Program-made: the position numbers and the translations under genes
Assembly: GCA_963749495.1 (NCBI GenBank)
Contig: CAVVMW010000001.1
Coordinates: 736,001-800,000, forward strand
Origin: an uncultured bacterium
Lineage (GTDB): Bacteria; Verrucomicrobiota; Verrucomicrobiia; Limisphaerales; UBA8199
DNA length: 64,000 nucleotides
Reading direction: 5' to 3'
Part shown: one piece after another, positions 1-10,633 of the stretch
Position numbering within the stretch: position 1 is the stretch's first letter
Layout: every line of letters begins with the position of its first letter
Notes under the pieces: generated by a model
Told to the model about the DNA's origin: nothing
Databases searched by the model: none
The model's input: the letters and a program-made list of their open reading frames with translations, nothing else

Positions 1-2
1 GG

Positions 3-1292
3 GAGTTGCTCAAGGAGATGATCGAGACCGACACGACGGGCGAGCACGGGGACACGACGCCGCTGGCGGAGGCGCTGGGGGCGCGGTTTCGTCAGGCGGG
101 TTACGCGGCGGGGGACGTGCGCGTCATCGGCCCGGAGGCGCGGCACAAGAACCTGGTGGTGCGGCTGCGGGGCAGCAGCCAGGGGCGCCCCATTCTCGTC
201 ATTTCGCACCTGGACGTTGTCGAGGCCCGTCCCGAGGACTGGACGGTGCCGCCATTCAAGCTCACGGAGAAAGACGGCTGGCTCTATGGGCGGGGCACGC
301 AGGACATCAAGGGGGAGGCGGCCGCCGAGGCGACGGCGTTTCTCCGGCTCAAGATCGAGGGCTTGGTGCCGAAACGGGACCTTATCCTGGCGCTGACGAC
401 CGGGGAGGAGGGGGCGGTCTTTTACAACGGCATCCAATGGCTGCTCCAGCAGCACCGCGAGTTCATAGACGCCGAGTACCGCCTCAACGGGGATGGCGGC
501 GGACCCGAGTCCGACAACGGGCATCCCACCTTCCGGGCGCTGCAGACCAGCGAGAAGGCCCTCTACAATTTCGAGTTGACCGTGACCGACCCCGGCGGCC
601 ACAGCAGCCTGCCTCGGCCCGGCACCGCCATCCAGGTGCTGGCTCGGGGCCTGGCGCGGCTCGATGCCTGGGAACCGGAGGCGCGTCTGGACGAGACCAC
701 GCGCGCATTCTTCCGTCGCATGGCGGCCATCGAGCCGGGCGCAACGGGCGGCTGGATGGCCAAGGCGGCCCAGGCAGATGCCGAGGCCATCGCGGCGTTG
801 TCGAAGGACCCGAGCTGGAACGCGCAGCTCCATACAACGCTGGTGACCACCTTGATCCAGGGAGGCCACGCCACCAACGCCCTGCCGCAGCGGGCCACGG
901 CCATCGTCAATTGCCGGCTGCTCCCTGCAGACGACATCCTCCAAATCCAGGGCCGGCTGACCAACGTGCTGGCCGAGCCGCGCATCCAGGTCCGGCTCCT
1001 GCGGCCCCCGCGTCCCAACCCGGCTTCGCCCTTGCGCCAGGATGTCCTGGGCGCCGTGGAGCGGAGCACGCGGGCGCTGTGGCCTGACTGCCCGGTCGTG
1101 CCCACGATGGAGACCGGCGGCACCGACGGCGCCGCCCTCCGCCGCGCCGGCATTCCCACCTATGGCATCGGCGGCATCCCCGTGGACCACGACGACGTGC
1201 GCGCCCACGGCAAGGACGAGCGCATCCGGGTGAAGGACTTCGAGGATGGGGTGAAGGCCTTCAGGTTGCTGGTCGAGGAGATTCTGAAGTAG
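3..1292 (+). CDS. M20/M25/M40 family metallopeptidase, probably 5'-truncated by the window edge
   Basis: Motifs SHLDVV, GRGTQDIKG, TGEEG, GGHSS, AHGKDERI; frame open from the window start. Confidence 0.9.
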   Translation, partial: ELLKEMIETDTTGEHGDTTPLAEALGARFRQAGYAAGDVRVIGPEARHKNLVVRLRGSSQGRPILVISHLDVVEARPEDWTVPPFKLTEKDGWLYGRGTQDIKGEAAAEATAFLRLKIEGLVPKRDLILALTTGEEGAVFYNGIQWLLQQHREFIDAEYRLNGDGGGPESDNGHPTFRALQTSEKALYNFELTVTDPGGHSSLPRPGTAIQVLARGLARLDAWEPEARLDETTRAFFRRMAAIEPGATGGWMAKAAQADAEAIAALSKDPSWNAQLHTTLVTTLIQGGHATNALPQRATAIVNCRLLPADDILQIQGRLTNVLAEPRIQVRLLRPPRPNPASPLRQDVLGAVERSTRALWPDCPVVPTMETGGTDGAALRRAGIPTYGIGGIPVDHDDVRAHGKDERIRVKDFEDGVKAFRLLVEEILK

Positions 1293-1329
1293 CGCCAACG
1301 GCGCGGCCCTATACCAGCAACGCCGCCCT

Positions 1330-1530
1330 CGCGCGCGTTGCGGAGCGACGCTGTGAGGGTAGCCGTGGACCTCGGTCCACGGTTCGGCGCGTGGCAATAG
1401 CGGTGCGTCGCGTAGCGACGCTTGGAAGCGGCGCGGTTTTCAAGCGTCGCTACGCGACGCAGGTGGTTTGTGGGCGCGTATCCCGTGGACTGAAGTCCAC
1501 GGCTACCGTCGCGCACCGCTACGCGGTGAA
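1330..1530. repeat. REP-like palindromic element (GGTAGCCGTGGAC / CGTCGCGTAGCGACG type)
   Basis: Nested inverted repeats; close copies at about 18195-18392 and 46150-46362. Confidence 0.85.
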
Positions 1531-1539
1531 CCGGCCCGT

Positions 1540-1674
1540 TCACCGTTTGGCCGAGTTGAGTGCTTTCTTGAGGGCGGCGATGGCGTTGACCTCGACTCTG
1601 TCGCTCTTGGAGCGGAGGCTGATGCGAGTCAGGTCGGGCGCGACTTTCTCGAAGACACAGACGACGACCGCCGG
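1540..1674 (-). pseudogene. Degenerate, internally deleted copy of the nrnA 3' end
   Basis: Aligns by eye to 9647-9868; the segment between two GGCGGCGATG microhomologies is missing. Confidence 0.85.
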
Positions 1675-1776
1675 TACTGGTTGCGGTTTGGGCGATTTTG
1701 GTGTCTAATGATGGTGGCTGCCCCGCCTGATATTTGGAACGCAGCGTTTCGGGGCTGAAGGCTGGGAGCCTCGTTC

Positions 1777-2346
1777 ATGGGCGAGTCGGCGGAACAAGTG
1801 ACCCGGATCCTCGATGCGGTTGGGGCCGGGGATGCGCAAGCGGCTGAGAAGCTGCTGCCGTTGGTTTATGAGGAACTGCGCCGGTTGGCCGCGGCCAAAA
1901 TGGCAAGCGAAGCGCCCGGCCAGACCCTTCAACCCACCGCGCTGGTTCACGAGGCCTGGCTGCGGCTGGCCGGCTCGCACCGTCAACGATGGCGTGGGCG
2001 GGATCATTTCTTCAGTGCCGCCGCTGAGGCGATGCGGCGAATCCTCGTGGAGAATGCGCGGCGCAAACAGCGGATCCGTCACGGAGGCGGGATGCAACGG
2101 GTGGACATCGCCTCCATCGACCTGCCCATCGCCGCGCAAGACGAGAAATGCCTTCAGATCGATGAATACCTCGACCAATTGGCGGAAGAAGATCCTGAAA
2201 AGGCGGAAGTGGTGAAACTCCGTGTGTTCACTGGGCTGAAAGTCTCGGAAATCGCCTCGATCCTGGATTGCTCGGAAAAGACGGTGCAGCGTCATTGGAA
2301 CTTCGCGAGGGCCTGGTTGTCTCGGTCGCTGAGGTCTGGGCAATAA
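1777..2346 (+). CDS. ECF sigma-70 factor, kinase-associated (TIGR02999/ECF43-like)
   Basis: LLPLVYEELRRLAA, TLQPTALVHEAWLRL, AAAEAMRRILVE, region-4 HTH; kinase gene directly downstream. Confidence 0.92.
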   Translation: MGESAEQVTRILDAVGAGDAQAAEKLLPLVYEELRRLAAAKMASEAPGQTLQPTALVHEAWLRLAGSHRQRWRGRDHFFSAAAEAMRRILVENARRKQRIRHGGGMQRVDIASIDLPIAAQDEKCLQIDEYLDQLAEEDPEKAEVVKLRVFTGLKVSEIASILDCSEKTVQRHWNFARAWLSRSLRSGQ

Positions 2347-2422
2347 AAAAGTTCCGGATTCGTGTCCGATTCCACCCCGAAACGTCGCCATAGTAGATAG
2401 ACGTGAAGACAGCATTGACGCG

Positions 2423-5400
2423 ATGAACCAGCGCAAGAAGAAACTCGAAGACATCTTTGAGGCCGCGCTGGCCTTGGAGTCTGACGCCGAGCGCGAGGAT
2501 TACTTGGGCCGAGCCTGCCCCGACATGGAATTAAGGAGGGAAGTGGAATCGCTGCTGGAGGCGCATCGGCACCCAGACAGTCTCTTTGTAGAGGAAGCGA
2601 CGGATTCGGAAGGCACGTTGTGCTGCCAGCCGTTGCAGGAAAGTGTCGGCACGGTGATCGGCCGCTACAAACTCCTCGAAAAGATCGGGGAAGGCGGGTT
2701 TGGGGTCGTCTATGTGGCCGAGCAGCGGGAGCCGGTCAAGCGGCGCGTGGCCCTCAAGATCATCAAGCTGGGGATGGATACCCGGCAGGTCGTGGCCCGG
2801 TTCGAGGCGGAACGCCAGGCGCTGGCGCTAATGGATCATCCCAACATCGCCAAGGTGCTGGATGCGGGGGCGACGGAGACCGGCCGGCCGTTCTTTGTGA
2901 TGGAGTTGGTGAAAGGGATTACGCTTACCAAGTACTGCGACCAGGAGAAGCTGGCCACGCGGGCGCGGCTGGATTTGTTCATCAAAGTCTGTCACGCGAT
3001 TCAGCATGCGCACCAGAAGGGGATCATCCATCGGGACATCAAGCCCTCGAACATCCTGGTGACGCTGCACGACGGCGTGCCGGTGCCCAAGGTGATAGAC
3101 TTCGGGATTGCCAAGGCGACGCAGGCCGAGTTGACCGAGAAGACGGTCTATACGCAGTTCCAGCAGTTCATCGGGACGCCGGCCTACATCGAGCCCGGAA
3201 CAGGCGGAGATGAGCGGTCTGGACATTGACACTCGCAGTGACATCTACAGCCTCGGTGTTCTGCTATATGAACTGCTCACGGGGAATACGCCCTTTGACA
3301 CCAAGGAGTTGTTGCAGTCCGGGCTAGATGAGATGCGGAAGATCATCCGGGAACGTCAGCCGGTGCGGCCGAGCACGCGGCTGCGTCAAACCGCTGTGAC
3401 CGCGTCGCCGTCTCCACTCGCCCCTCGCCCCTCGCCCCTCGCCACCGACCTTGACTGGATCGTGATGAAGTGCCTGGAGAAGGACCGGGCGCGGCGTTAC
3501 GAGACCGCCAACGGGGTGGCCTTGGACATCGAGCGGCATTTGAAGCACGAGCCGGTGGTGGCGCGGCCGCCGAGCGTTGGGTATCGGCTGCAAAAGAGTT
3601 TTCGGAGGAACAAGCTGGTGTTCACCGCGGCTGGAGGGGTTGGGGCGGCGTTGGTGCTGGGGGTAGTGGTCAGCTCCTGGCAGGCCGTCCGCGCCACCAC
3701 GGCGGAAAAGATGGCACGTGAGAAAGCAAACATCGCTCAAGCGCAGCGCCTGCGGGCGGATGAAGCGGCGCGGGTGGCCGAGAGCCAACGGGCGCGCGCG
3801 GAGAAAGGGGAGCAGAAAGCCAGGGAGAGCGAGCTGGCGGCGCGCGAGAACCTCTACGACGCCGACATGATCCTCGCCGGCGAGGCCCTCCAGCACAGCA
3901 ACCTCGGTCGCGCGCTCAAATTCCTGAACCTGCAACGACCCGCCAAAGCCGGCCAGGGCGATCTGCGCGGATGGGAATGGCGTTACCTCTGGGCACAGTG
4001 CCGCAGCGACGAGTTAGCCACGCTTGGCGAGCATGAGGGCATCGTCCAATCCGTAGCCGTCTCTCCTGATGGCAAGTGGGTGGCCTCGGGGGGCTGGGAT
4101 GGCCTACTTCAGATTTGGGCCCTGGCTTCTGGAGCGGGGACAGGACGATGGGTGACCAATGCGCAGTTGGGGGGAGGACCGGTTTCCAGCGTGGCCTTCT
4201 CTCCGGACGGGCGCTGGCTGGCAGCCCTCACATGGACCAATGGTTTCGCCCTCTTCAATGCGCCAGGATGGGACCGGGCAATGACGGTGTGGAATGCAGA
4301 GGAGAAGGGATCGCTGGCTTTCTCCGCCGATAGCCGCCTTCTGGCCGTTGGGGGCGAGATTTGGAGCCTGGATACTCGCAACCGTTTGTGCGCTTTGCCA
4401 TGTCGGCGGGCGTTCGGCTGGGGACAACATACAGTAGCTTGGTTGCCCTCTTCGCAGATTCTCGCTGGGTACGTTATGTCCAACGACGTGGCGCAGGTTT
4501 GGTTGTTCGACGTTCGCTCTACCAACCCCACTGCCATGGTATCAGCGATCCCCTTGCGAGCGGACAAGGGGAAATGGTTGTTGCCGGTAACCCTGGCTTT
4601 CTCACCCGATGGAAAGCATCTGACTGTTGGCTGCTATGATGGCACCATCCGCATCCATGCCGCCAACGACTGGCACCAGTTCAAGATCCTGACCAACCAC
4701 ACGGGCTGGGTCAGCTCCCTGGCTTTTTCCAAGGATGGGCAATGGCTGGCCAGTGGCGGCGCTGACCACAGCATCAGAGTCTGGCGCACGCGCGACTGGG
4801 AGGAGACGGCCACGTTGCGCGGCCATCAAGAAGAGGTGTGGGCGGTAGCTTTTACCCCGGACGGCCAACAACTGGTCAGCGGGTCAAAAGACCACACCGT
4901 GCGGCTCTGGCCGCTCGCCGCCCGGTCAAAGCCCGTCGAGGAAGTGACCGTGTCAGCCGAGGGCGCGGAATTCCTCGGCCTATCCGGAATGTCTCCGTTC
5001 AGGGTTGGCGCTTCGAACGTTCTCACCGTCTGGGATGGGCAGACGCTCCAGGTCCGCCAGCGCCTGGCCAGTTATCCGGTCCCGAATGTCACCGGCTGGA
5101 GACCTTCGCCGGACGGCCGCACGCTTCTGATGGTGACGGCAGAAGGCGGGTTATGGCTGACGGACCTTGCGGCAGGGGCAGTTTCGCCGCCGGTCTGTCT
5201 GCAGACCACCGGGTCATGGTTTCGGGAGGCCGCCTTCGCGCGCTGGGGGGAAACCGCCTTCTCGGACCAGGCGAAGTGGGTGGCAGTCGCCGACGGCGAG
5301 GCGCTCCGGGTATGGGACTTGAAGGACCAGCCGTCGCGGCCGGGCTTCTTGCTTGCCGCGGGGAACTTCTGGGGGTTGCGTTTCTCCCGGGACGAACGCC

Positions 5401-5930
5401 TCCTCGGTGCACTCACCGGCCCCATCCGGACCGGGCGGACAATCCTGGTCTGGGACGTGGCTTCGGGAAAGGAGTTGGCGCGCTTTCAACCGCATCGTGA
5501 CGAAGTAGAGGACCTCGATTTCTCTCCCGACGGCACTGTGTTGGCCACGGCCAGTCTCGACAATACGAGCAAGTTGTTCGATCTGCGTACGGGCCATGAG
5601 ATCACGACATTGCCTGGCCAACTGATGTCGCTTTACTCGGTGTGCTTCTCGCCCGATGGCCGCCGCTTGGCCACAGGCACGGGCCCTGGCTACGACGGCA
5701 TCGCCGAAATGCTCATTTGGGACCTGGAAACCCGTCGCGAAGTCCTGGTCCTAAAAGCACGCGATCCAGGTTCTATAGAGCGGTGCTACCCGAGAGTGCG
5801 GTTCCACCCGGGCGGAGACTCGCTGTTCTTCATCAGCAGTCGGGGCACCTTGCACCTCTGGCGCGCGCCGTCGTGGGCGGAGATTGAGGCGGCAGAGAAA
5901 AGGACTGACGGCAAAGCGCCGCAACGCTGA
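2423..5930 (+). CDS. Ser/Thr protein kinase with TM segment and WD40 repeats; +1 frameshift near 3190
   Basis: GEGGFG, ALK, HRDIKPSN, DFG; TAC ATC G AGC CCG GAA breaks the expected GTPAYMSPEQ; several GH..WD-type repeats in 3210-5930. Confidence 0.9.
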
Positions 5931-6017
5931 CCAGTTGATCCAAACCCTTTGCCTCCCAAAGGCGCATGGATGATCGAATGAACCACTATTTTGGCTATGA
6001 AACCTGCTGACGACTGA

Positions 6018-6080
6018 GCCAAGGTGCTGGATGCGGCGGCCACCGAGACGGGCAAGACGCTCTTCGGCACGGAATTGGTC
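6018..6080 (+). pseudogene. Short duplicated kinase fragment (AKVLDAAATETGKTLFGTELV)
   Basis: Matches AKVLDAGATETGRPFFVMELV at about 2849-2911. Confidence 0.7.
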
Positions 6081-6259
6081 CGCCGCATCGAGCCAGGTCG
6101 CCTTAGACAACTACCTATGAAAAAAAGGGAGAATCACTCCCTGACGTGTGAGGGGTTGCTTGACGCCGACAGATTTCGCCACCCAAGAACGGTGGCGGAA
6201 GTAGAAAACAACAACCAAACCCAGGTGCCCGTCACCTGGAAACGAAAGGAAGACAGAAA

Positions 6260-7312
6260 ATGAAAACCACCGCATCCAACCATTCAACGAGCGGCGGCCT
6301 GACAGGCTGGCCGCTCGGCCTGAGCACTTGCTTGGGCCTTGCGCTTGCCGCAACGCTCTGCACCACAAGCCTGCCCGTCCAGGCCAAATTGCCGGACGTG
6401 ACCGGCGATTACAGGATTCAAACCCTTGAGTCGCCTCCAGGCACGGATATCAATGAAATCTATTGTGTCTTGATCAATGAAGCCGGCATGGTGGTCATGC
6501 AATACAATTCGGTGATGGTGATTGGATCGGGAACAATTAACGAAGGGCAAACGGCAGTCCGGGAAAAAGGGGTGTGGACGGTGATTAATGTTCCCGGCTC
6601 CGCCTGGACGGGATGCGGTAACCCCAATGCCTCTGGAGATGTCGATCTGGCCTACGCCGATACGGCTGGCAACTGGCACAACGCCATATGGCATCATGGA
6701 ACTTACAAATATCTTCCAGATTACACGGCGCCCGTTGGCCAGCCACCCTACCAGTATGGGGTTCAATGCATAAATGACCATTGCATCATGACCGGGATGG
6801 CCTTTGATCCAACGAGCACGTGCTGGGATCCCGTATTTGATTGGTACTGCGTGCACGGTGTTTTGCTGAACACGTCCTTGTCGCTGTTCGAATTCTTCGA
6901 TTATCCCGGTGCCTACTCTACCTATCCGCTTGGCATCAATGATGCTTGTCAGTTCGTAGGCGCGTATTCATCGTCCGAGGACAATGGGTGCCATTGTTTC
7001 TTCAGCGACCGGGGCAAGACCTTTGTGAATATTGACCCACCCGGCTCCTCGAATCCCCCCAATACCCAAACTAGGGTTCCTTTTATGATCAACAACCAGG
7101 GCGAGATCTGTGGCTGGTACACGGACGCGTCCACGGGCGTCCAGCAGGGCTTCCTGCTGCGTCAGAGGAAGTTTTTCGCCTTCAACGTTCCCAAGTCGAG
7201 TTCGACGTACCTCAATTGCATCACGGACGATGGCCAATTGTCGGGTGTGTACCTTGATCTGGAGGGAACGCCGCATGGCTTCATCGCCACGCCCAAGGGT
7301 GGTTGCAAGTGA
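6260..7312 (+). CDS. Secreted protein with HAF-like extracellular repeats
   Basis: Signal peptide ending VQA; repeated IND/INN-x-G-x-(I/V)-G units with YPG/PPG motifs. Confidence 0.7.
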   Translation: MKTTASNHSTSGGLTGWPLGLSTCLGLALAATLCTTSLPVQAKLPDVTGDYRIQTLESPPGTDINEIYCVLINEAGMVVMQYNSVMVIGSGTINEGQTAVREKGVWTVINVPGSAWTGCGNPNASGDVDLAYADTAGNWHNAIWHHGTYKYLPDYTAPVGQPPYQYGVQCINDHCIMTGMAFDPTSTCWDPVFDWYCVHGVLLNTSLSLFEFFDYPGAYSTYPLGINDACQFVGAYSSSEDNGCHCFFSDRGKTFVNIDPPGSSNPPNTQTRVPFMINNQGEICGWYTDASTGVQQGFLLRQRKFFAFNVPKSSSTYLNCITDDGQLSGVYLDLEGTPHGFIATPKGGCK

Positions 7313-7471
7313 GGTTTGAGGGAACTGAGGAGTGTGTCTGATTCAGACACGACACATTCCCCACGGTTAGGCCATCTCAGGATACGATCGTTATGAAATT
7401 CTCAGCAACTCAACCTCAATAACCGGAGGCCGTCATCAACCCAACTCCTCATAGCTAAAGCGAAAACATAG

Positions 7472-7610
7472 GGGTAATGACAAGCGTTTCAGCGTTGGGT
7501 TCAACGGGCAGGCAACCCGAATGCCGAAGGGACGGCTGAAGCCAGGGGCCCCTTCGGGACTTATTCCTTCTGCGGGCCAAAACCCAACGCTAAAGCGCTT
7601 GTCGTTACCC
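7472..7610. repeat. Palindromic element with long terminal inverted repeats
   Basis: GGGTAATGACAAGCGTTTCAGCGTTGGGTT ... AACCCAACGCTAAAGCGCTTGTCGTTACCC; related remnants near 8025-8070 and 41750-41845. Confidence 0.75.
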
Positions 7611-7674
7611 ACATCGTCGGGTGCCCTCATGAAGCGGATCTGATGGCCGTCACGGATTTCCGAAGCACATTTCT

Positions 7675-7898
7675 CATCCCGGAGGGATGCCAGAAGGTAG
7701 CCGGGGGTCGAAGCGTAGCGAGACCCCCGGTGCCGCGACGGCAAGGGAGTGCATCCCGGAGGGATGCCAGAAGGCGCCCGCCGCGAACGTCTGCCTCTTC
7801 TGGCACCCCCGCCGGGGTGCTGGGCCACCGACGCCCTCAACCGGGGGTCGCCGCTGGACGGCGACCCCCGGCTACCTTCTGCCAACCCTCCGGGTTGG
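7675..7898. repeat. REP-like palindromic element (CATCCCGGAGGGATG type)
   Basis: Two CATCCCGGAGGGATGCCAGAAGG units with inverted CCGGGGGTC/GACCCCCGG arms. Confidence 0.8.
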
Positions 7899-8138
7899 CC
7901 GGGCGTTGCCGCCGGCTGCTATCAAGGGCGCCTTTAGCGGCTAGAACTGGCATGCTCCTCAGGCCTTTCTCCCGCCTGCCCAAAAAGGGGAACTGATATG
8001 ACCGCTCAGGAGATGTGGCTAAAGACAAGCGCTAAAGCGTTGGGCTATTGTCGGATGTCCCTTCGGGACAAAACCTGTGCCGAGGGCCGGCGCCCCTTGT
8101 GCATCTGGCGGTTCGGATGGAACTTGACGTTGGCGAAT

Positions 8139-8360
8139 TCACCCCTTGGCCGAGTTGAGGGCTTTCTTGAGGGCGGCGATGACTTTGCGCTGGGCGGAGA
8201 GGGGTTTGCCGGGGATGCGGGCGCCTGCGGCGGCGACGTGGCCGCCGCCGCCGAACTGGGCGGCGATGGCGTTGACATCGACCTTTTCGCTCTTGGAGCG
8301 GAGGCTGATGCGAGTCAGGTTGGGCCCGACTTCTTCGAAGACCCAGCCGACGACGACCGG
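8139..8360 (-). pseudogene. Second copy of the nrnA 3' end (last ~73 codons plus stop)
   Basis: Near-identical to 9647-9868; reads PVVVGWVFEEVGPNLTRISLRSKS...GGGGHVAAAGA...KKALNSAKG*. Confidence 0.9.
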
Positions 8361-8478
8361 GAAATCGTCCTCTTGGGGGAGGCCCTCAAACGAACCGAGG
8401 GCCTGCAGCGCGAGGCCTTTCTCAATCGAGCCTGTGCGGGAGACCAGGCGGTTCGGGCTAGGCTCGAACGTCATCGCG
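8361..8478 (+). pseudogene. Fragment of an ECF-associated kinase N-terminus
   Basis: EIVLLGEALKRTEGLQREAFLNRACAGDQAVRARLE resembles EDIFEAALALES..REDYLGRACPD.ELRREVE of the 2423 kinase. Confidence 0.6.
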
Positions 8479-8510
8479 CAGCCAGGCTGTGCGCCCTCAG
8501 AAGCAGGCGA

Positions 8511-8936
8511 TCATCTTAAGCGGAGCAGTCGAGAAACGAATGCGTCCGGACGCAGAATCTCGATGCCGAATGGCTTTTCCAGATCGAGCAGGTCCCGATC
8601 GTATGTCACAAGGCACACCGCCCGGCCACCCAGGGCCGCAGCCAGGACGACATCGTCATCCGGATCCCGTTTGACGGTCGCGCGCAGGGCGCCCGGCGCA
8701 ACGAGTGACGACTTCTGCCGCAGCCAGTCGAGCCAGTGCGCCCAATTGGGGTTCTGCCAGCGCGGTTCGCGGGCAGCCAGGTCCGCCAACGTGCCGGCCC
8801 ATTCAGCCGTCAGATCCGGTGTGCGGACCGATTGGAATGCCCTTCGAGCCAATAGGACGAAGAGGCGTCGCGCCGCGCCGCCGGACCAGCCGATGCCGGC
8901 GGCGACCACCGACGTGTCAAGCGCGGCGACGATCAA
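8511..8936 (-). CDS. PIN-domain (VapC-like) toxin
   Basis: ALDTSVVAAG, RDPDDDVVLAAA, LVTYDRDLL; overlaps the upstream antitoxin. Confidence 0.88.
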   Translation of the reverse strand: MIVAALDTSVVAAGIGWSGGAARRLFVLLARRAFQSVRTPDLTAEWAGTLADLAAREPRWQNPNWAHWLDWLRQKSSLVAPGALRATVKRDPDDDVVLAAALGGRAVCLVTYDRDLLDLEKPFGIEILRPDAFVSRLLRLR

Positions 8937-9186
8937 GACGGTGCCTCCGTTTGATGCGTCGCGCCGCCTCGACCACTACGTCCAGCGGCTCTGCGCCAGC
9001 AGCGCCCGGGCTCCGATCCACCAGGTCGGCAAACTCCCGGCGCAAACGTTCCTGTTCGGCCTCTTGTGCCTGGCGAATCAAGTCCTGGAGGACGTCGCTG
9101 GTGGAGGTATAGCCCCCGGTATCGCGCCGATTCTCCAGCCAGGCGCGTTGCACCGGGGGCAGCGAAATGCTCACCGTCTTACCCAT
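8917..9186 (-). CDS. Ribbon-helix-helix antitoxin (ParD/CC2985-like)
   Basis: TVSISLP..RAWLE...GGYTSTSDVLQDLIR; directly upstream of the PIN gene. Confidence 0.8.
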   Translation of the reverse strand: MGKTVSISLPPVQRAWLENRRDTGGYTSTSDVLQDLIRQAQEAEQERLRREFADLVDRSPGAAGAEPLDVVVEAARRIKRRHRLDRRRA

Positions 9187-9390
9187 GTCAACATGTTGCC
9201 TGCCAGGGAAAAGTTGTCAAGTTCTGTCAACCGGCGTTCATGGGAACACGCGGAACAAAGCTCGTCCATACTTTTTTCTCCCGGAATGCGCACGTATGAA
9301 TGAAGGCAGCAACACTTTTGCCTCTGTAGTCCAAATCGAGGACAATTGAAAAGGCTTGAAACCGGGCGCCGCCGGTAGGAAAGTTGCACT

Positions 9391-9666
9391 ATGAGTGCAC
9401 CGATTGTGCGGGAAAAGCGGCAAACCACGCTCCCTCAAGATGTCTGCGAGGCCGCCGGCCTGAAGCCAAACGATCAAGTCAATTGGCGCTTCGAGGAGGG
9501 CGAGATCCGTGGACGCAAGCTGGTGGCCCGAAAGCCCAAGCCGCGATTTCCCCGGGGGAGCCTCCTCAAGTACTTCACCCCCGAAAAAACGCGTGAGGAA
9601 GCTGCAATCTATGAGGCCACCGTCAAAGGAGGAGGAGGAAGAACACTCACGGCTTGGTGGAATTGA
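9391..9666 (+). CDS. AbrB/MazE/SpoVT-family DNA-binding protein (orphan antitoxin)
   Basis: REKRQTTLPQDVCEAAGLKPNDQVNW pattern; 3' end overlaps the nrnA stop. Confidence 0.75.
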   Translation: MSAPIVREKRQTTLPQDVCEAAGLKPNDQVNWRFEEGEIRGRKLVARKPKPRFPRGSLLKYFTPEKTREEAAIYEATVKGGGGRTLTAWWN

Positions 9667-10633
9667 GCGCCTTCTTGATCGCGGCGATGACTTTGCGCTG
9701 GGCGGAGAGGGGTTTGCCGGGGATGCGGGCGCCTGCGGCGGCGACGTGGCCGCCGCCGCCGAACTGGGCGGCGATGGCGTTGACATTGACCTTGTCGCTC
9801 TTGGAGCGGAGGCTGATGCGAGTCAGGTCGGGTTCGACTTCTTCGAAGACACAGGCGACGACCACCGGGGCGATGGCGCGGATGTGGTCGATGAGGCCCT
9901 CGGAGTCGCTGCTGTCGGCGCCGGTGCGGGCGAAGTCGGCCTTTTTGAGCCAGAAATAGGCGATCTGGTTCTGGTGGGTGAGGCGGTAGTGGCTATAGAC
10001 GTGCTTAAGGAGTTTGGCGCGGGAGATGGGGTAGGATTGATAGACCTCATCGCAGATCTTGGCGAGGTCGGCGCCGCGCCGGACCAGTTCCCCGGCCACA
10101 TGGAAGGTGCCGGGGCGGGTGCTGGGATATTGGAAGGAGCCGGTGTCGGTGGAGACGGCTGCGAAGAGGCAGTCGGCGATGGGCTTGGTGATGGGCCACT
10201 TGGCGAGCTTGAGGAGGCGGAAGACGAGTTCGCCGGTGGAGGGTTCGCGCCCGGAGACCCAATTGAGGTCGCCGAACCGGGTATTGCTCTGGTGGTGGTC
10301 GATGTTGATGAGGAGCTTGCGCTGAGCGATGCAGGGGCCGACCGAGCCGAGGCGCTCGAGGCTGGCGGCATCGGTGGCGATGACGCAATCGAACTGCTGT
10401 CCCGGCTTGGGTTTTTGCAAGAGATGGGCGGGGTCGAGGAACTCGTATTTTTGGGGGATGGGGTCCTCATTCCAACAACAGACCTGTTTGCCTTCGTTTT
10501 GGAGGGCGATGGCCAGGCCGAGTTGAGCGCCGACGCAATCGCCGTCGGGCCGGATGTGGCCGACGACACAAACGGTCTGGCTCTGGCGGAGGCCCTCGAT
10601 GATGCGGTCGAGGATCTTGGGATGGGGCTTCAA
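9647..10633 (-). CDS. nrnA: Bifunctional oligoribonuclease/PAP phosphatase (DHH family)
   Basis: GHIRPDGDCVG, NIDHH, TDTGSF, GGGGHVAAAG; follows rbfA. Confidence 0.93.
   Translation of the reverse strand: MKPHPKILDRIIEGLRQSQTVCVVGHIRPDGDCVGAQLGLAIALQNEGKQVCCWNEDPIPQKYEFLDPAHLLQKPKPGQQFDCVIATDAASLERLGSVGPCIAQRKLLINIDHHQSNTRFGDLNWVSGREPSTGELVFRLLKLAKWPITKPIADCLFAAVSTDTGSFQYPSTRPGTFHVAGELVRRGADLAKICDEVYQSYPISRAKLLKHVYSHYRLTHQNQIAYFWLKKADFARTGADSSDSEGLIDHIRAIAPVVVACVFEEVEPDLTRISLRSKSDKVNVNAIAAQFGGGGHVAAAGARIPGKPLSAQRKVIAAIKKALNSTKP

Noticed and set aside
1330..8070. Integron attC cassette array
   Set aside because: Palindromes are dispersed REP types also found in core operons; no consistent RYYYAAC/GTTRRRY ends and no IntI
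1540..9868. Diversity-generating retroelement template/variable repeats
   Set aside because: No reverse transcriptase in the window, differences are not confined to adenines, and the target is a core gene end
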